Positions 52,691-62,757 are shown, counted from the first letter of the stretch. The stretch is 64,000 nt of DNA from a virus (IMGVR_UViG_2974649431_000001:92282-156281); one strand, 5' to 3'. Notes: generated by a model from the sequence alone, not told the origin. Made by a program: numbers and translations.

Positions 52691-54973
52691 TTGATCGAAA
52701 CGATTATCAAGCGCAATGGGAAGCAGGAACCCTTCAGTCCTGCAAAGTTGAATGGCTGGGGTGAGTGGTCCGCAAAGACCCTCGGCCCTGGTCTTGATTG
52801 GGGCGGCGGCGTCCTGCATGCGGTCAGCGTGTGCCCCAAGGTTTGTACGAGCGAGAAGCTCAATGAAGAATTGGAAGCGTACTTCAACGGTCTCCGTACC
52901 TACGAAGGCGCACGGATGGCAGGTCGCCTCTATGCAGCGCGCCATCCCAAACGGATCTACGGCAGCAAGAAGAAGCCCACGGTCCGCGAGCTCCACACGG
53001 AGCTCTTCGATGCCGGCCTCATGGTCTGGCTGAACTACAGCGTCGACGAATACGAGTACGCCCAGTCCATCATCGACCACAGCCGTGACTTGAAGATGAC
53101 GTATGGCATGTACACGCAGATGCGCTTCAAGTACGCCCTTCGGAACAAGATCAGCGGCAAGGAATACGAGACCCCGCAGTTCGTCTACATGCGGATGGCC
53201 ATGGCTCTCGCGGAGGACTTCGAGGGACAAGAGCGGCTGGACCTCATGAAGGACTGGTACGACTATTACAGCGGCTACAAGATCAACCCACCCACGCCGT
53301 TCTTCACGAACCTGGGCACCAAGCTGAATGGCTATGCGAGCTGCTGCCTCTACACGACGCTGGACACGTGGCGGAGTCTGCTGGCGGGCAACGTCATTGC
53401 GGGTTCCATGACTGCGCTCAGCGCAGGCATTGGCAGTTCGACGGTGACGCGCTCCATCGGCGATCCCATTCGTGGTGGCATGATCGTCCACCAAGGCAAG
53501 GTGCCCTACTACCGTGCGAACGTCGGACAGATCGGGGCCAACCTGCAGAACGGCCGTGGCGGCGCACAGACCGAGCACTACACCTGCTTCGACCCAGAGG
53601 TGGAGACACTGCAGCGCCTGAAGAACCCCATGACGCCGGCCTCCAAGCAGGTCCGTGGCCTGGACTACAGCTTCGGTTCCAACAAGGTGTTTGCGCGCGC
53701 AGTCGCCCAGAACAAGGAATACGCGCTGTTCTCCTACCTGGATGAGCCGGAACTGCATGAAGCGATGTACCAGCCGGGGGACACCTTCGAGAAGCTCTAC
53801 GCGGAATACTGCGCGAGCGGGCGCCCCAAGAAGTGGCTGAATGCGCGGAGTGTCCTGATCAGTGCGATCGACGAAGCCTTCGAGACCGGCAGGCACTACC
53901 TGCATATGTTCGATGAGATGAACACGCACACGCCCTTCAAGGATCCCATTCGCAGTTCCAACCTCTGTCAGGAGATCAAGCTGCCGACCAAGGGATTCGA
54001 GAGTCCTGCGCAGCTCTACGAAGAGTGGAACGAGAGCCATGGGGAGATCGCTCTCTGCAACATCGGCGGCGTCATCGTCTCCAACATCAAGAACGATGAG
54101 GAGTACCGAAAGGCTACCTACCTGGCGCTCCTGGCTGTCGACGTGTCGATCTATAAGAGCCACTACGAGTTCCCGACGCTGCGCCACACTGCTACTTCGC
54201 GGATGAATGCTGGCATCGGCGTGCTGGGCCTCGCGCACCTCATGGCAATGAAGAAGCAGCGCTGGGACACGCAAGAAGGTCGGAATTTCATCCACGATCT
54301 CTTCGAGACCCACTACTGGTTCCTCACAGAGGCGTCGCTGAAGATCGGCCGGATGCGCGGCAATGCCCCCTGGATGCACAAGACGAAGTGGCCGGATGGC
54401 TGGTTGCCGCTCGACACCTACAACCGCAACGTGGACAGCCTCGTGACCGTGGGGAACAAGCGGGACTGGGAGTCACGGCGCGCCGAGATCGTTGCCAACG
54501 GTGGGCTGGGTCATAGCGTGCTGGCTGCGCATATGCCCGGGGAGAGCTCGACCATCGCGGCAGGCACAACCAACGGTCCCTACCCGATTCGGGACTTCGA
54601 CTTGGTCAAGACCAACGGCGACCTGGCCATCTATTGGGTGGCACCCGACTCGACGGAGCTCCGCGAACACTACCAGCTTGCGTACGACGTCCCAACGGAG
54701 TGCATGCTGTGGAACTACGCGATCATGCAGAAGTGGACTGACCAGACCATCAGTGCTGACCTGTGGAAGCGCCTCCAGGGCACCACAAAGATCGGCACCA
54801 AGGAAATGGTGAACGACTACCTGACTATGGTGAAATACGGGGTGGAAACGCGCTACTATATCAACAGCCTTACTGCCAAGGGCGTCAAGCTCGAGACGGA
54901 AGTCAAGGCAACCCCCCAACCCATCGACGACACGCCACCGGAAGACACGGTGTGCGAGTCTTGTGCTCTCTGA
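52691..54973 (+). CDS. nrdA: ribonucleotide reductase class I alpha subunit NrdA
   Basis: ATP-cone IIKRNGKQEPFSPAKL. Active-site NLCQEI, CLY and GLAHL blocks. 760 aa. TTG start 7 nt after AGGAG. Confidence 0.9.
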   Translation: MIETIIKRNGKQEPFSPAKLNGWGEWSAKTLGPGLDWGGGVLHAVSVCPKVCTSEKLNEELEAYFNGLRTYEGARMAGRLYAARHPKRIYGSKKKPTVRELHTELFDAGLMVWLNYSVDEYEYAQSIIDHSRDLKMTYGMYTQMRFKYALRNKISGKEYETPQFVYMRMAMALAEDFEGQERLDLMKDWYDYYSGYKINPPTPFFTNLGTKLNGYASCCLYTTLDTWRSLLAGNVIAGSMTALSAGIGSSTVTRSIGDPIRGGMIVHQGKVPYYRANVGQIGANLQNGRGGAQTEHYTCFDPEVETLQRLKNPMTPASKQVRGLDYSFGSNKVFARAVAQNKEYALFSYLDEPELHEAMYQPGDTFEKLYAEYCASGRPKKWLNARSVLISAIDEAFETGRHYLHMFDEMNTHTPFKDPIRSSNLCQEIKLPTKGFESPAQLYEEWNESHGEIALCNIGGVIVSNIKNDEEYRKATYLALLAVDVSIYKSHYEFPTLRHTATSRMNAGIGVLGLAHLMAMKKQRWDTQEGRNFIHDLFETHYWFLTEASLKIGRMRGNAPWMHKTKWPDGWLPLDTYNRNVDSLVTVGNKRDWESRRAEIVANGGLGHSVLAAHMPGESSTIAAGTTNGPYPIRDFDLVKTNGDLAIYWVAPDSTELREHYQLAYDVPTECMLWNYAIMQKWTDQTISADLWKRLQGTTKIGTKEMVNDYLTMVKYGVETRYYINSLTAKGVKLETEVKATPQPIDDTPPEDTVCESCAL

Positions 54974-54981
54974 AAGGATAC

Positions 54982-56097
54982 ATGAGCGACACCAACCTCA
55001 TCTTCAACAAAGACATGAAGGCTGAGGAATACGGGGCAATGCCCCTATTCTTTGGCCCTCCGCCGGGCCTCTTCGACACCATCCACCGGACGTACCCCAA
55101 GATCTGGGACTTCTACAAGGAGATGAAGTCGCTGGACTGGGACGAGCAGGAGTTCGAGAAGGGCTTCCAGCGGTGCCAGACGGACTTCGAGACCTGTGAC
55201 CCCACAGTGAGCTGGATGATGAAGCGGACGATCGCATGGCAATGGGAACAGGACAGCGTCGCAGCGCGTGCTCTCGGCCCCGTGCTGGCACCCTTCATCA
55301 CTGCACCGGAGTATTGGGCGGCCATCCAACGGGTCAGCGACAACGAGGTGATCCACGCGGCGACCTACTCGGAAATCGTCCGCATCAGCTTCCCCAACCC
55401 GAAGGAGGCGCTTGCCGAGATCCTGGAGGTCCGCGAGAGCCTGCAGCGCATGGACACCGTGACGAGGGCGCTCGCCGACCTCTACGAAGCCAGCCACAAT
55501 TGGGCGCTCCGTCGGATTCCCTACAGCCAGGAGCTCTACAACAAGGTGTTCGTGGGCGTCGCAACCATCCTCATGATGGAGCGCATCCAGTTCATGGCGA
55601 GCTTCGGCATCACGTTCACGATCTGTGCACAGCAGCTCTTCCAGGCGATCGGAAAGGCCGTCTCCAAGATTGCGCAGGACGAGCTGGAAGTCCATGTGCA
55701 GCTCGGCAAAGAAGTCCTGGCGATCGAGATGGCTACGCCCCGTGGACAGCTGGCTCTCCAGCAGACCAAGGAAACGCTGAACCGGATCTTCTACGAGATC
55801 ATCGCGAGCGAAGAGACATGGCTGGACTACATGTTCGCCGAAGGCCGCGAGCTCGCAGGCACCAACCTGAAGCTGATGAAGCAGTGGGTATTGTTCAACG
55901 CCGCTGACCCCGGCGTGCTGCTGCAGCTGGACATGAGCAAGCGGGAGTGGCCCAAGAAGAACCCCATGCCCCACTTGGAAGAGTGGCTGAACATGAACAA
56001 GATCCAAGGCGCTGCGCAGGAGCAAGAGCTGGCAGCATACAAGGTGAACCTCACCGTCGACAACCTCGGGGACGAAGTCCTCGACGTCGACTTCTAA
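54982..56097 (+). CDS. nrdB: ribonucleotide reductase class I beta subunit NrdB
   Basis: Di-iron ligand blocks (NEVIHAATYSEI, MERIQF, QDELEVH). 371 aa. RBS AAAGGA. Confidence 0.9.
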   Translation: MSDTNLIFNKDMKAEEYGAMPLFFGPPPGLFDTIHRTYPKIWDFYKEMKSLDWDEQEFEKGFQRCQTDFETCDPTVSWMMKRTIAWQWEQDSVAARALGPVLAPFITAPEYWAAIQRVSDNEVIHAATYSEIVRISFPNPKEALAEILEVRESLQRMDTVTRALADLYEASHNWALRRIPYSQELYNKVFVGVATILMMERIQFMASFGITFTICAQQLFQAIGKAVSKIAQDELEVHVQLGKEVLAIEMATPRGQLALQQTKETLNRIFYEIIASEETWLDYMFAEGRELAGTNLKLMKQWVLFNAADPGVLLQLDMSKREWPKKNPMPHLEEWLNMNKIQGAAQEQELAAYKVNLTVDNLGDEVLDVDF

Positions 56098-56103
56098 GGA
56101 GCG

Positions 56104-56367
56104 ATGATGTATCCCGGACGTGAAGAGTTTAGTTTTCTCCAGCTGCTATATAATGGTGAGCTGAAGTACCTGTTCGACGAAGGTCGGTACAAGTTCTACA
56201 CCTACCGTCCGGGCATCCGGATCGACTCCCAAAGCGGTTACGCTGTGGATGTCTTCCGGCATGACAGGGTCATGGGTCTCGTGAAGTTCAAGTTCGCGGG
56301 CATCGATGACTGGGAAGAGGAAGACAGCGACATTCTGAAACACTTCGGAGTCCACGGACTCCACTAG
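56104..56367 (+). CDS. hypothetical protein (87 aa)
   Basis: ORF. Confidence 0.45.
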   Translation: MMYPGREEFSFLQLLYNGELKYLFDEGRYKFYTYRPGIRIDSQSGYAVDVFRHDRVMGLVKFKFAGIDDWEEEDSDILKHFGVHGLH

Positions 56368-56375
56368 GGGCGCCT

Positions 56376-56858
56376 ATGCAGGTATCGTTCTCAAGCGGCA
56401 TTGAAACCTTCCAGAAGCGCTTGACGCGCGACCACAGCACTTCAGTCTTCCGGCTGTTGCTCGCAGGCGTGGGTTTTGCGATCTTCGCGTTCTACCCCGC
56501 CAACGTGATCCTGGGGACGATGTTCTTCATTCCTCTGGTCATACCCTGCATCAACTCCCTCCTCTACGGTGACGGGAGTGACGGGTTCTACGAAGACTTC
56601 GACGGGCCCGCCCTGGAACAGTTCTGCGAAAAGTACGAAGCGGTGATGGCAGCCAAGGGCATCCCCGTAGAGTACATCGCAACCGACCTCCTCACGCTGA
56701 CCGGCGAGCACGCCTCAGGCGATGCGGAGAACACCTACTACTCGATCATGCACATGATCAACAAATTGGAAGCCATCGATGGGTTACAAGATATTCAGCA
56801 AGGCGAACTGCCCCCAATGCGAGCAAGCGAAGAGGATGCTGACGGTCCGAGGGATTGA
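56376..56858 (+). CDS. hypothetical membrane-associated protein (160 aa)
   Basis: ORF; its 3' end overlaps the glutaredoxin gene by 80 nt. Confidence 0.4.
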   Translation: MQVSFSSGIETFQKRLTRDHSTSVFRLLLAGVGFAIFAFYPANVILGTMFFIPLVIPCINSLLYGDGSDGFYEDFDGPALEQFCEKYEAVMAAKGIPVEYIATDLLTLTGEHASGDAENTYYSIMHMINKLEAIDGLQDIQQGELPPMRASEEDADGPRD

Positions 56859-57003
56859 GTTCGACGTTCTCACGTTGGGCATCGACTACCAGCGTGAAGA
56901 GCTCATCGCCATCGTCCCTCAGGCGAGGAGCCTGCCCCAAGTGTTCCTCGATGGTGTGCACATCGGGGACCACATCGCACTGCACAAGCACCTCACAGCA
57001 TGA
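56779..57003 (+). CDS. glutaredoxin (NrdH/Grx-like)
   Basis: MGYKIFSKANCPQCEQAKRML...LPQVFLDGVHIG: CPxC active site and the Grx fold signature. Confidence 0.7.
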   Translation: MGYKIFSKANCPQCEQAKRMLTVRGIEFDVLTLGIDYQREELIAIVPQARSLPQVFLDGVHIGDHIALHKHLTA

Positions 57004-57986
57004 CGAAAGCAATCCACCCCGGCGAACCCTCGTTCGATGACGTCCTCCTGGTCGAGAAGATCGACCTCATCAGGGCGCTCAACTTCTACAGCATGCATGC
57101 CAGTGATGACAATGTGCGCGAGTGGATACGGGTGTGGGTTCGCGATCAGAACCTGGAAGTGAACCTTCGTGGACGCACGACGGGAGAGCTGATCAGCTAT
57201 GCCGCCTTCCAGCGCATGAAGGAGCGGGGCCTGGTCATCGACGACGCAACAGTGGAGCGGATCAATACCGCTCTTCTCGCTTTGCACGTCGTGAAGGAGG
57301 AGCCCACTGAGGTCAAGCCGCCGAAGCCCAAAGTGGTCGGCCCGATCGAGTGCATCAACAAGATCGACGCCTACCTGGATGAGGTTCTGGTGGGAAACAT
57401 CACGGCGTCCCGAGTGCCCAACTTCTGCGAGACCAAGAAGGACGTCCAGATCATCAGCGAGTTCGTGAAGCGCAAGGCTGCACAGCTGGAAGAGGATCGG
57501 GACGCACACAGCAAGGACAGCTACAGGGTTCTGAAGCAGGCTTACACGGCCATCACGAAGTCCCTGGGTGCTGCTTCTGAGAAGATCGCAACGGAGCGCA
57601 GCAAGACCGCAGTGAAGCGCTTGAAGCCGCCCTCGGTGGTCGCCAAGTCGGTGAAGTATCTGCGGAAGTTCCTGCACATCGAAGGCATCCCGCCGGAGCG
57701 GATGGTGGGGGCGAAGAAGGCCTATGTCTTCGACACCAAAGCCAGGAAGCTGACGGTGTTCGTTGCTACGGAAGCCGGCTTCACGTTCTCGGGCACCACC
57801 CTGAAGAACATCGACGCTGCGAAGACCAGCGAAAAGACGGTGCGCAAGCCCGAGGAGCTCTTTGCGGGTGTCCAGCCCTCCATGAGCGCGTTGAACAAAA
57901 TCTACGGACTGATCAAAGCGAAGGAGGGCACGGCAAACGGGCGCTTCAACGAAAGCATGATCGTCCTCTGTGTAGGAGGTTTCTGA
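57000..57986 (+). CDS. hypothetical protein (328 aa)
   Basis: Long ORF; no motif. Confidence 0.5.
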   Translation: MTKAIHPGEPSFDDVLLVEKIDLIRALNFYSMHASDDNVREWIRVWVRDQNLEVNLRGRTTGELISYAAFQRMKERGLVIDDATVERINTALLALHVVKEEPTEVKPPKPKVVGPIECINKIDAYLDEVLVGNITASRVPNFCETKKDVQIISEFVKRKAAQLEEDRDAHSKDSYRVLKQAYTAITKSLGAASEKIATERSKTAVKRLKPPSVVAKSVKYLRKFLHIEGIPPERMVGAKKAYVFDTKARKLTVFVATEAGFTFSGTTLKNIDAAKTSEKTVRKPEELFAGVQPSMSALNKIYGLIKAKEGTANGRFNESMIVLCVGGF

Positions 57987-58486
57987 TGGCCCTGAAAGGC
58001 TCTCAACTGGCGAAGATCCTGGCCCCCAAGTTTATGACGGGAGGGACGCCGGATGCGGACGTCCCTGCCGATCCCAAGCGTCCCGGGGTGCCTCAGTACA
58101 CAAGCGCGTTCGAACGCGCTGACCAACGGGAAGCCCTGAACGTCGCGAAGTACACGAGGAAACGGGCTGTGCTCATCAGCCCCTTCATGCCGGAGGACCT
58201 CTCCAATGCGGGAAAGATGCTGCGCTACGCCAATCGGGCAGTGCAGGACTCGCTGATGCGCAACGAGGCACCCATTGCATCGCATGCGTTCTTCTTCGGG
58301 CTTGCACCCAACGTCCCCATCGAGCGCGATGCGGGCCTCCACAGCCAGCTCAGCTGGATTCCCAAGGCGGACGTCGTCGTGGTGTATGTGGACTTCGGGA
58401 TCACTGCAGCCATGCAGGTCGCGATCAACGTGGCTGAGGTGAAAGCGAAAAAGATTGAATATCGTTCGATTGGGGCGACCGCATGA
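57986..58486 (+). CDS. hypothetical protein (166 aa), possibly nucleoside 2-deoxyribosyltransferase-like
   Basis: AVLISPFMPEDLSNAGKML is vaguely like DUF1937/DUF4406. Low confidence. Confidence 0.4.
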   Translation: MALKGSQLAKILAPKFMTGGTPDADVPADPKRPGVPQYTSAFERADQREALNVAKYTRKRAVLISPFMPEDLSNAGKMLRYANRAVQDSLMRNEAPIASHAFFFGLAPNVPIERDAGLHSQLSWIPKADVVVVYVDFGITAAMQVAINVAEVKAKKIEYRSIGATA

Positions 58487-59202
58487 ATCTTGAAACTCAA
58501 CCAGCTGGTACCAAAATCCGCATCGGTGCATTAGTGAGTGCGGGTGATATTCGACCTGCCGCATTCGACTGTACCTACCACGTGGACGGTTCTCCGGAAG
58601 AGACTGCGGCTGTACTCCAAACTATTTCTGATTATCAGGGAAAGCTCTGGATCGTCAACGGACTGGACACGGGCCAGTTGAAAGATAACCAAGAGTCGGG
58701 CTTCAGGCGGTACTTCCGTTACCCGTACTTGGGTAGCATGGGGGAGTGCTTGGCGAGTGAGCTCAGGCTCGCCTGCTGGGAGCGCTTGCAAGCGCTAGGG
58801 GCTCAAAACGCTGCGATCACTGTCACGGTACAGCCTGTGGTGCCTTCCGACGATGAGGTGGTTGTAGCAGCGCTCGGCGAGATCGCTGTGTTCAAGATCG
58901 CATACGAGTTCGGCGAGGGCTTTAAGGAGACCTGCGAGACCTGTGTGCAAGGCCGCACACTGCTGCGCCACGGGCAGGACTGGTTCAACGGCTCAGTCCA
59001 CCTGAATCATTCCCAAGACGGCACCATTTTCTTCGGTTGCCACATCGTGTCACCAGAAACCGCAAAGTGCATTGGCAACCCCATCCATTCTGCGATTTCT
59101 GGTGATACAATACAGACACACGCTAAGCATTGTTTCACTGAGGCCAATGCAGGAGCGCTAGAAATGGCGAGCGTGACTCAGGTCTTTTTCATCGGAACTT
59201 AA
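58483..59202 (+). CDS. hypothetical Cys/His-rich protein (239 aa), atypical lower-GC gene
   Basis: Codon usage visibly more A/T-rich than its neighbours. C-terminal CETC...H...H...C...H...C. Confidence 0.5.
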   Translation: MNLETQPAGTKIRIGALVSAGDIRPAAFDCTYHVDGSPEETAAVLQTISDYQGKLWIVNGLDTGQLKDNQESGFRRYFRYPYLGSMGECLASELRLACWERLQALGAQNAAITVTVQPVVPSDDEVVVAALGEIAVFKIAYEFGEGFKETCETCVQGRTLLRHGQDWFNGSVHLNHSQDGTIFFGCHIVSPETAKCIGNPIHSAISGDTIQTHAKHCFTEANAGALEMASVTQVFFIGT

Positions 59203-59206
59203 TCAA

Positions 59207-59464
59207 ATGGCAAAATTCACTTCTCTGAACACCCAAGTCTACATTCCCGACAACTTCGCGCCGCTCGGCAAGGAGAAGAAGGGCTACTTCGTGGACCTGG
59301 GTGACCGGAGCGTGCATTCCATCCACCGTGGCGGCTGCCTGAAGGCGCTGACCCCGTACAAGGGCCGCTACAAGCTGCGCCCCGCAGCAGGCGGCTGGCT
59401 GGCCCGTGACGTGATCGCCAAGGCGAAGCGGACCTCCAAGACGCCCCGCTTCGCCCGCGTCTGA
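59207..59464 (+). CDS. hypothetical basic protein (85 aa)
   Basis: ORF. Confidence 0.45.
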   Translation: MAKFTSLNTQVYIPDNFAPLGKEKKGYFVDLGDRSVHSIHRGGCLKALTPYKGRYKLRPAAGGWLARDVIAKAKRTSKTPRFARV

Positions 59465-59587
59465 GCAAGAAGCCGGAGCGGGTCCCTCGGGAGAGAAATC
59501 CGCTCGTGAAACCATCTCTGTTCCGGAAGGCCGGACGACACGGCAAGTCCAACAAGGCCCTTCGGAAATCTGAAAACCAAAGTCGTT

Positions 59588-59800
59588 ATGAACCTGACCC
59601 CGATCATCGATGATTCCTTTGACTTCGAGGCCCCCGTCTCGAAGGGTTACCTTCCCCCTGAGTTCACCGAGCTCGCGATCGGGGCGGACGCGAGGCAAGT
59701 CCAAGCGAAGCGAGACGCCGACAAGGCCTCTGCGGAATCCTCTGGTATGGACAGCCTGTTGGCTACCATGCACTACTTCTTTCAACCGAACGCATACTGA
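59588..59800 (+). CDS. hypothetical protein (70 aa)
   Basis: ORF. Confidence 0.4.
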   Translation: MNLTPIIDDSFDFEAPVSKGYLPPEFTELAIGADARQVQAKRDADKASAESSGMDSLLATMHYFFQPNAY

Positions 59801-60317
59801 AATGAACCGAATCCAAACTCTCGCTGTGCCCCCTGGCATGGAGGCCGCAATGGTCGCCGAAATCGCCCTGTTCCTGGAGCTGCTGAGCAATGCTGCCCGC
59901 GTCCAGGAGTTCAACGACGCCGACGACGCCCGTGACGTCGTCCGCGATCTGCTCTTCGGCACGCAAGGCGAAACCGTCGAAGCAGCCGGCCCGAACCCCA
60001 ACTTCGGCAAGCCCGTGGATGAGGACGTGCGTGCGTTCCTGGAGAACAAGAACGCGGCCATCATGTACCTGGGCACGACCACCGTCGCCTACGTCGTGGA
60101 AGCCAGCAAGCGCCGTTTCGCGGACGTCGCGATCGCGCACCTGGGCAGCGGTGACCAGTTCAAGAAGTCCGTGGGTCGCCGGCTGGCAATCAACCGCATC
60201 AACAACGGCGCTTCCATCCGCCTGCGCATCCCGGAATACGTGGACTCCACTGACCGTGCCTGCGTGAACGACTTCATCGCCGACACTTTCTCCAGCCAAG
60301 CAGCATTCAAGGCCTGA
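59801..60317 (+). CDS. hypothetical protein (171 aa)
   Basis: ATG 59801 overlapping the upstream TGA. Confidence 0.5.
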
Positions 60318-60322
60318 TCACC

Positions 60323-60658
60323 ATGACCCAAGAAAACAACCAAATCGCAGCACAGATCATCGCCTGGCGCGACGCCCACAACGTCATCCTGGTCCAGCCC
60401 TCAGAAGTGGTGCTGGCCCGCCGACTGGTCGCCAAGCACGAAGCCGAGACGCAGAAGAAGTTCGTGGAGTGGCTGCAGCAAGGCGCGGCCCTCGCAGAGC
60501 AAGTGGACGGCGACATCGAGGTGAACGGCGAAGTCATCGACGGCGACACCATCACCGGCGAGGCCGAAGATGCGGCCAGCGAGTACGCATACGACAACGG
60601 CCTGGAGTGGGACGGCGACCTCGCAGAGCCTGGCTTCTGGGAGCCCAGCACATGCTGA
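60323..60658 (+). CDS. hypothetical acidic protein (111 aa)
   Basis: ORF. Confidence 0.45.
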   Translation: MTQENNQIAAQIIAWRDAHNVILVQPSEVVLARRLVAKHEAETQKKFVEWLQQGAALAEQVDGDIEVNGEVIDGDTITGEAEDAASEYAYDNGLEWDGDLAEPGFWEPSTC

Positions 60659-61110
60659 ACGAAGACACGCTGGCCGCCCTCGGCTACACGAAGGCGTCGC
60701 TGGAGAACTGGCCAGGGGTTCAGACGCGCTGCAGCATTTCTCTCGTCGTGGTGCAGAGCTCCGGCGAGACCCGTGAGCACCAAGGCGTCCTCCTGGACGC
60801 CGGTGGCTACACCTACAACGACAAGGTCGAGCTGGACGCCAGCTGGCTGGAGGCGAGTCCCTACGGTGGCTACGAACGCCACAGCCTCTCGACGTTTGAA
60901 GGCGAAAGCGAGCTGTTCTTCAAGGTGCTGAGCTCTGCGTCGACGGTCGAAGAGATCCGCGACGAGACCTTCGTGAAGCTGGAAGGCCTGCAGCTGAACC
61001 ACGCCGACGAGGAAGCCGTGAAGCACCTGATCGAGGCGGCGCTGAAGGCCGCAGAGGAGCTGGGCTCGCGAAACGCCATCGACTGGGAATCTTCCAGCCT
61101 GTACTGCTGA
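60652..61110 (+). CDS. hypothetical protein (152 aa)
   Basis: ATG 60652. Confidence 0.45.
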   Translation: MLNEDTLAALGYTKASLENWPGVQTRCSISLVVVQSSGETREHQGVLLDAGGYTYNDKVELDASWLEASPYGGYERHSLSTFEGESELFFKVLSSASTVEEIRDETFVKLEGLQLNHADEEAVKHLIEAALKAAEELGSRNAIDWESSSLYC

Positions 61111-61153
61111 GAACGGTGCTACACTAGCGACACCAGAAACAAGGAGTTGAGCT

Positions 61154-61333
61154 ATGCTTCAAGTCATCGGAAAAGGGAAAGTCGCTTTTGTGCCCACGCC
61201 GAACCATACGTTCTATGCCAATACCGGGAAGGTCCGGATTGGCATCGCGTGTGCACCCCGCCCGCGGCGCATCGAGGGGCAGCACGAAATCCGCTTGCAA
61301 TCGCTGTTGCTGAACGGGAAGGCCGGTCGGTGA
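61154..61333 (+). CDS. hypothetical small protein (59 aa)
   Basis: ATG 7 nt after AAGGAG. TGCTACACT box at 61117. Confidence 0.3.
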   Translation: MLQVIGKGKVAFVPTPNHTFYANTGKVRIGIACAPRPRRIEGQHEIRLQSLLLNGKAGR

Positions 61334-61578
61334 GGTTCTTCATCCGACCCGGCGACACCAAAATCGGCATCATCACTGCAGACGACCTGGGCCCACGCAC
61401 TCACTTCCGAGGCGTGGGCTTTGGTCAGAACTGCGGGCTGTGCGTGCCCTGTGTCTGGCCTACAAAGACCCTCGAGGGCTACGTCGAGGCAAAAGAAATG
61501 CCGCTCTGGGCGGCATCGATCGACTTGAAGGAAGCGGAGAGGCGCTTAGGCCTGCTTCAAAACGTCCTTCAGGGCTAG
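61330..61578 (+). CDS. hypothetical protein (82 aa)
   Basis: GTG overlapping the upstream TGA. Its 3' end overlaps the convergent minus gene by 33 nt. Confidence 0.3.
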   Translation: MRFFIRPGDTKIGIITADDLGPRTHFRGVGFGQNCGLCVPCVWPTKTLEGYVEAKEMPLWAASIDLKEAERRLGLLQNVLQG

Positions 61579-62289
61579 AATCTTCTCACCCTTTGACCAG
61601 GCCCCGCAGCCCTGGCATTGGTAGCGCTGCCAGCGACCGGCAGCAGTAACGCTGAAGCCCTTCTTCGTGATGTGCGTGCTCCCGCAGTTGGGGCAGGAGT
61701 GTTCCAGATGAGCATCGCTGAACAGCGCACGGTGGGGGTGGTTGGGAATCCAGGGGAGGAGCTTCTTGTAGAGCTTCTCCAGCAGCACGACGTCCTGCAC
61801 GTTGTATGCCTTCATGGTCGCCCACGCCTTTGCCTCCCCTGCCATGCACTTCACCCACAGGGTGTGGCCTTCGTGCTGCTTCTTCTTGCCGAGGCCCAGC
61901 TCTCCCGACACATAGTCCAGTTTGTTGCTGGGGAAGCGGAACTTCGCCTTCACAGTCTGGAAGAGGTCGATCTGTTTGTAGGGGCTTGGGGGCGCGTAGC
62001 CCGCCAGGAGAAATTCCTTGTTCAGCGTCGGCATGTCGAAGCGTTTACCGTTGTAGTGAACGACCACGTCAGCTTCGTCGAGCAGCTCATGGATGCGTTT
62101 CAGCATGGACACGCGGTCGGAATTGTAGATGCTCGCGAACTCGGTGGTCTTGCTACCCGCCCACTTCGCGGCCCAACACAGCATGTGGCTCGACTCCATG
62201 AGCTGATTCAGGCTCACGTTGTTCTGCCATAGGCCCCATACGTGGGCGATGTTGGGGCTGGTCTCCACGTCGAGAAACAAAATTTTCAT
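61546..62289 (-). CDS. DEDD-type (RNase H-like) exonuclease with C-terminal zinc ribbon
   Basis: MKILFLDVETSP (Exo I motif). C-terminal CPNCGS...CQGCG. Minus strand; ATG at 62289. Confidence 0.55.
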   Translation of the reverse strand: MKILFLDVETSPNIAHVWGLWQNNVSLNQLMESSHMLCWAAKWAGSKTTEFASIYNSDRVSMLKRIHELLDEADVVVHYNGKRFDMPTLNKEFLLAGYAPPSPYKQIDLFQTVKAKFRFPSNKLDYVSGELGLGKKKQHEGHTLWVKCMAGEAKAWATMKAYNVQDVVLLEKLYKKLLPWIPNHPHRALFSDAHLEHSCPNCGSTHITKKGFSVTAAGRWQRYQCQGCGAWSKGEKILALKDVLKQA

Positions 62290-62352
62290 GGCACGCGTTG
62301 ATTCTGTTGATACGCGTGTACTTATTGCTATCCTTAATGTAGCGGGGGCGGG

Positions 62353-62757
62353 GTGGACGAGAAGCTCACAGGAACTATTCCATTCAACTGGAGCCAGGGG
62401 AGCGCGCGGCGCGTGGTCTTTGTGTGCAGCAGCGGGCAGCTGAGAAGCGCTACGGCCGCGCATGAGGCTGTGCGACTATACAGCTGGAATACGCGCTGCT
62501 GCGGGACGCATGCTGCAGCACTGCAACGCCTCACGGGGAGGCTCATTGACTGGGCCGACCGCGTGGTCTTCGTGCATGCGGAAAACTTCCGGCAAGCGCA
62601 GGAACAGTTCCTTGGTACAGAGCATGAAGCCGACCTGTTGCGTAAAAGCCACACCTGGAGCATCGAGGATGCTTACAACTACGGCGACGACAAGCTCTTG
62701 GCTGACATACGCGTCGGCCTTAAAAATTTAAACTCCGGCCCACGCTTCGCCCCCTAA
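62353..62757 (+). CDS. Cys-based phosphatase (CX5R P-loop, LMW-PTP/ArsC-like)
   Basis: VVFVCSSGQLRS (C-X5-R-S). GTG start after a G-rich RBS. Confidence 0.5.
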   Translation: MDEKLTGTIPFNWSQGSARRVVFVCSSGQLRSATAAHEAVRLYSWNTRCCGTHAAALQRLTGRLIDWADRVVFVHAENFRQAQEQFLGTEHEADLLRKSHTWSIEDAYNYGDDKLLADIRVGLKNLNSGPRFAP

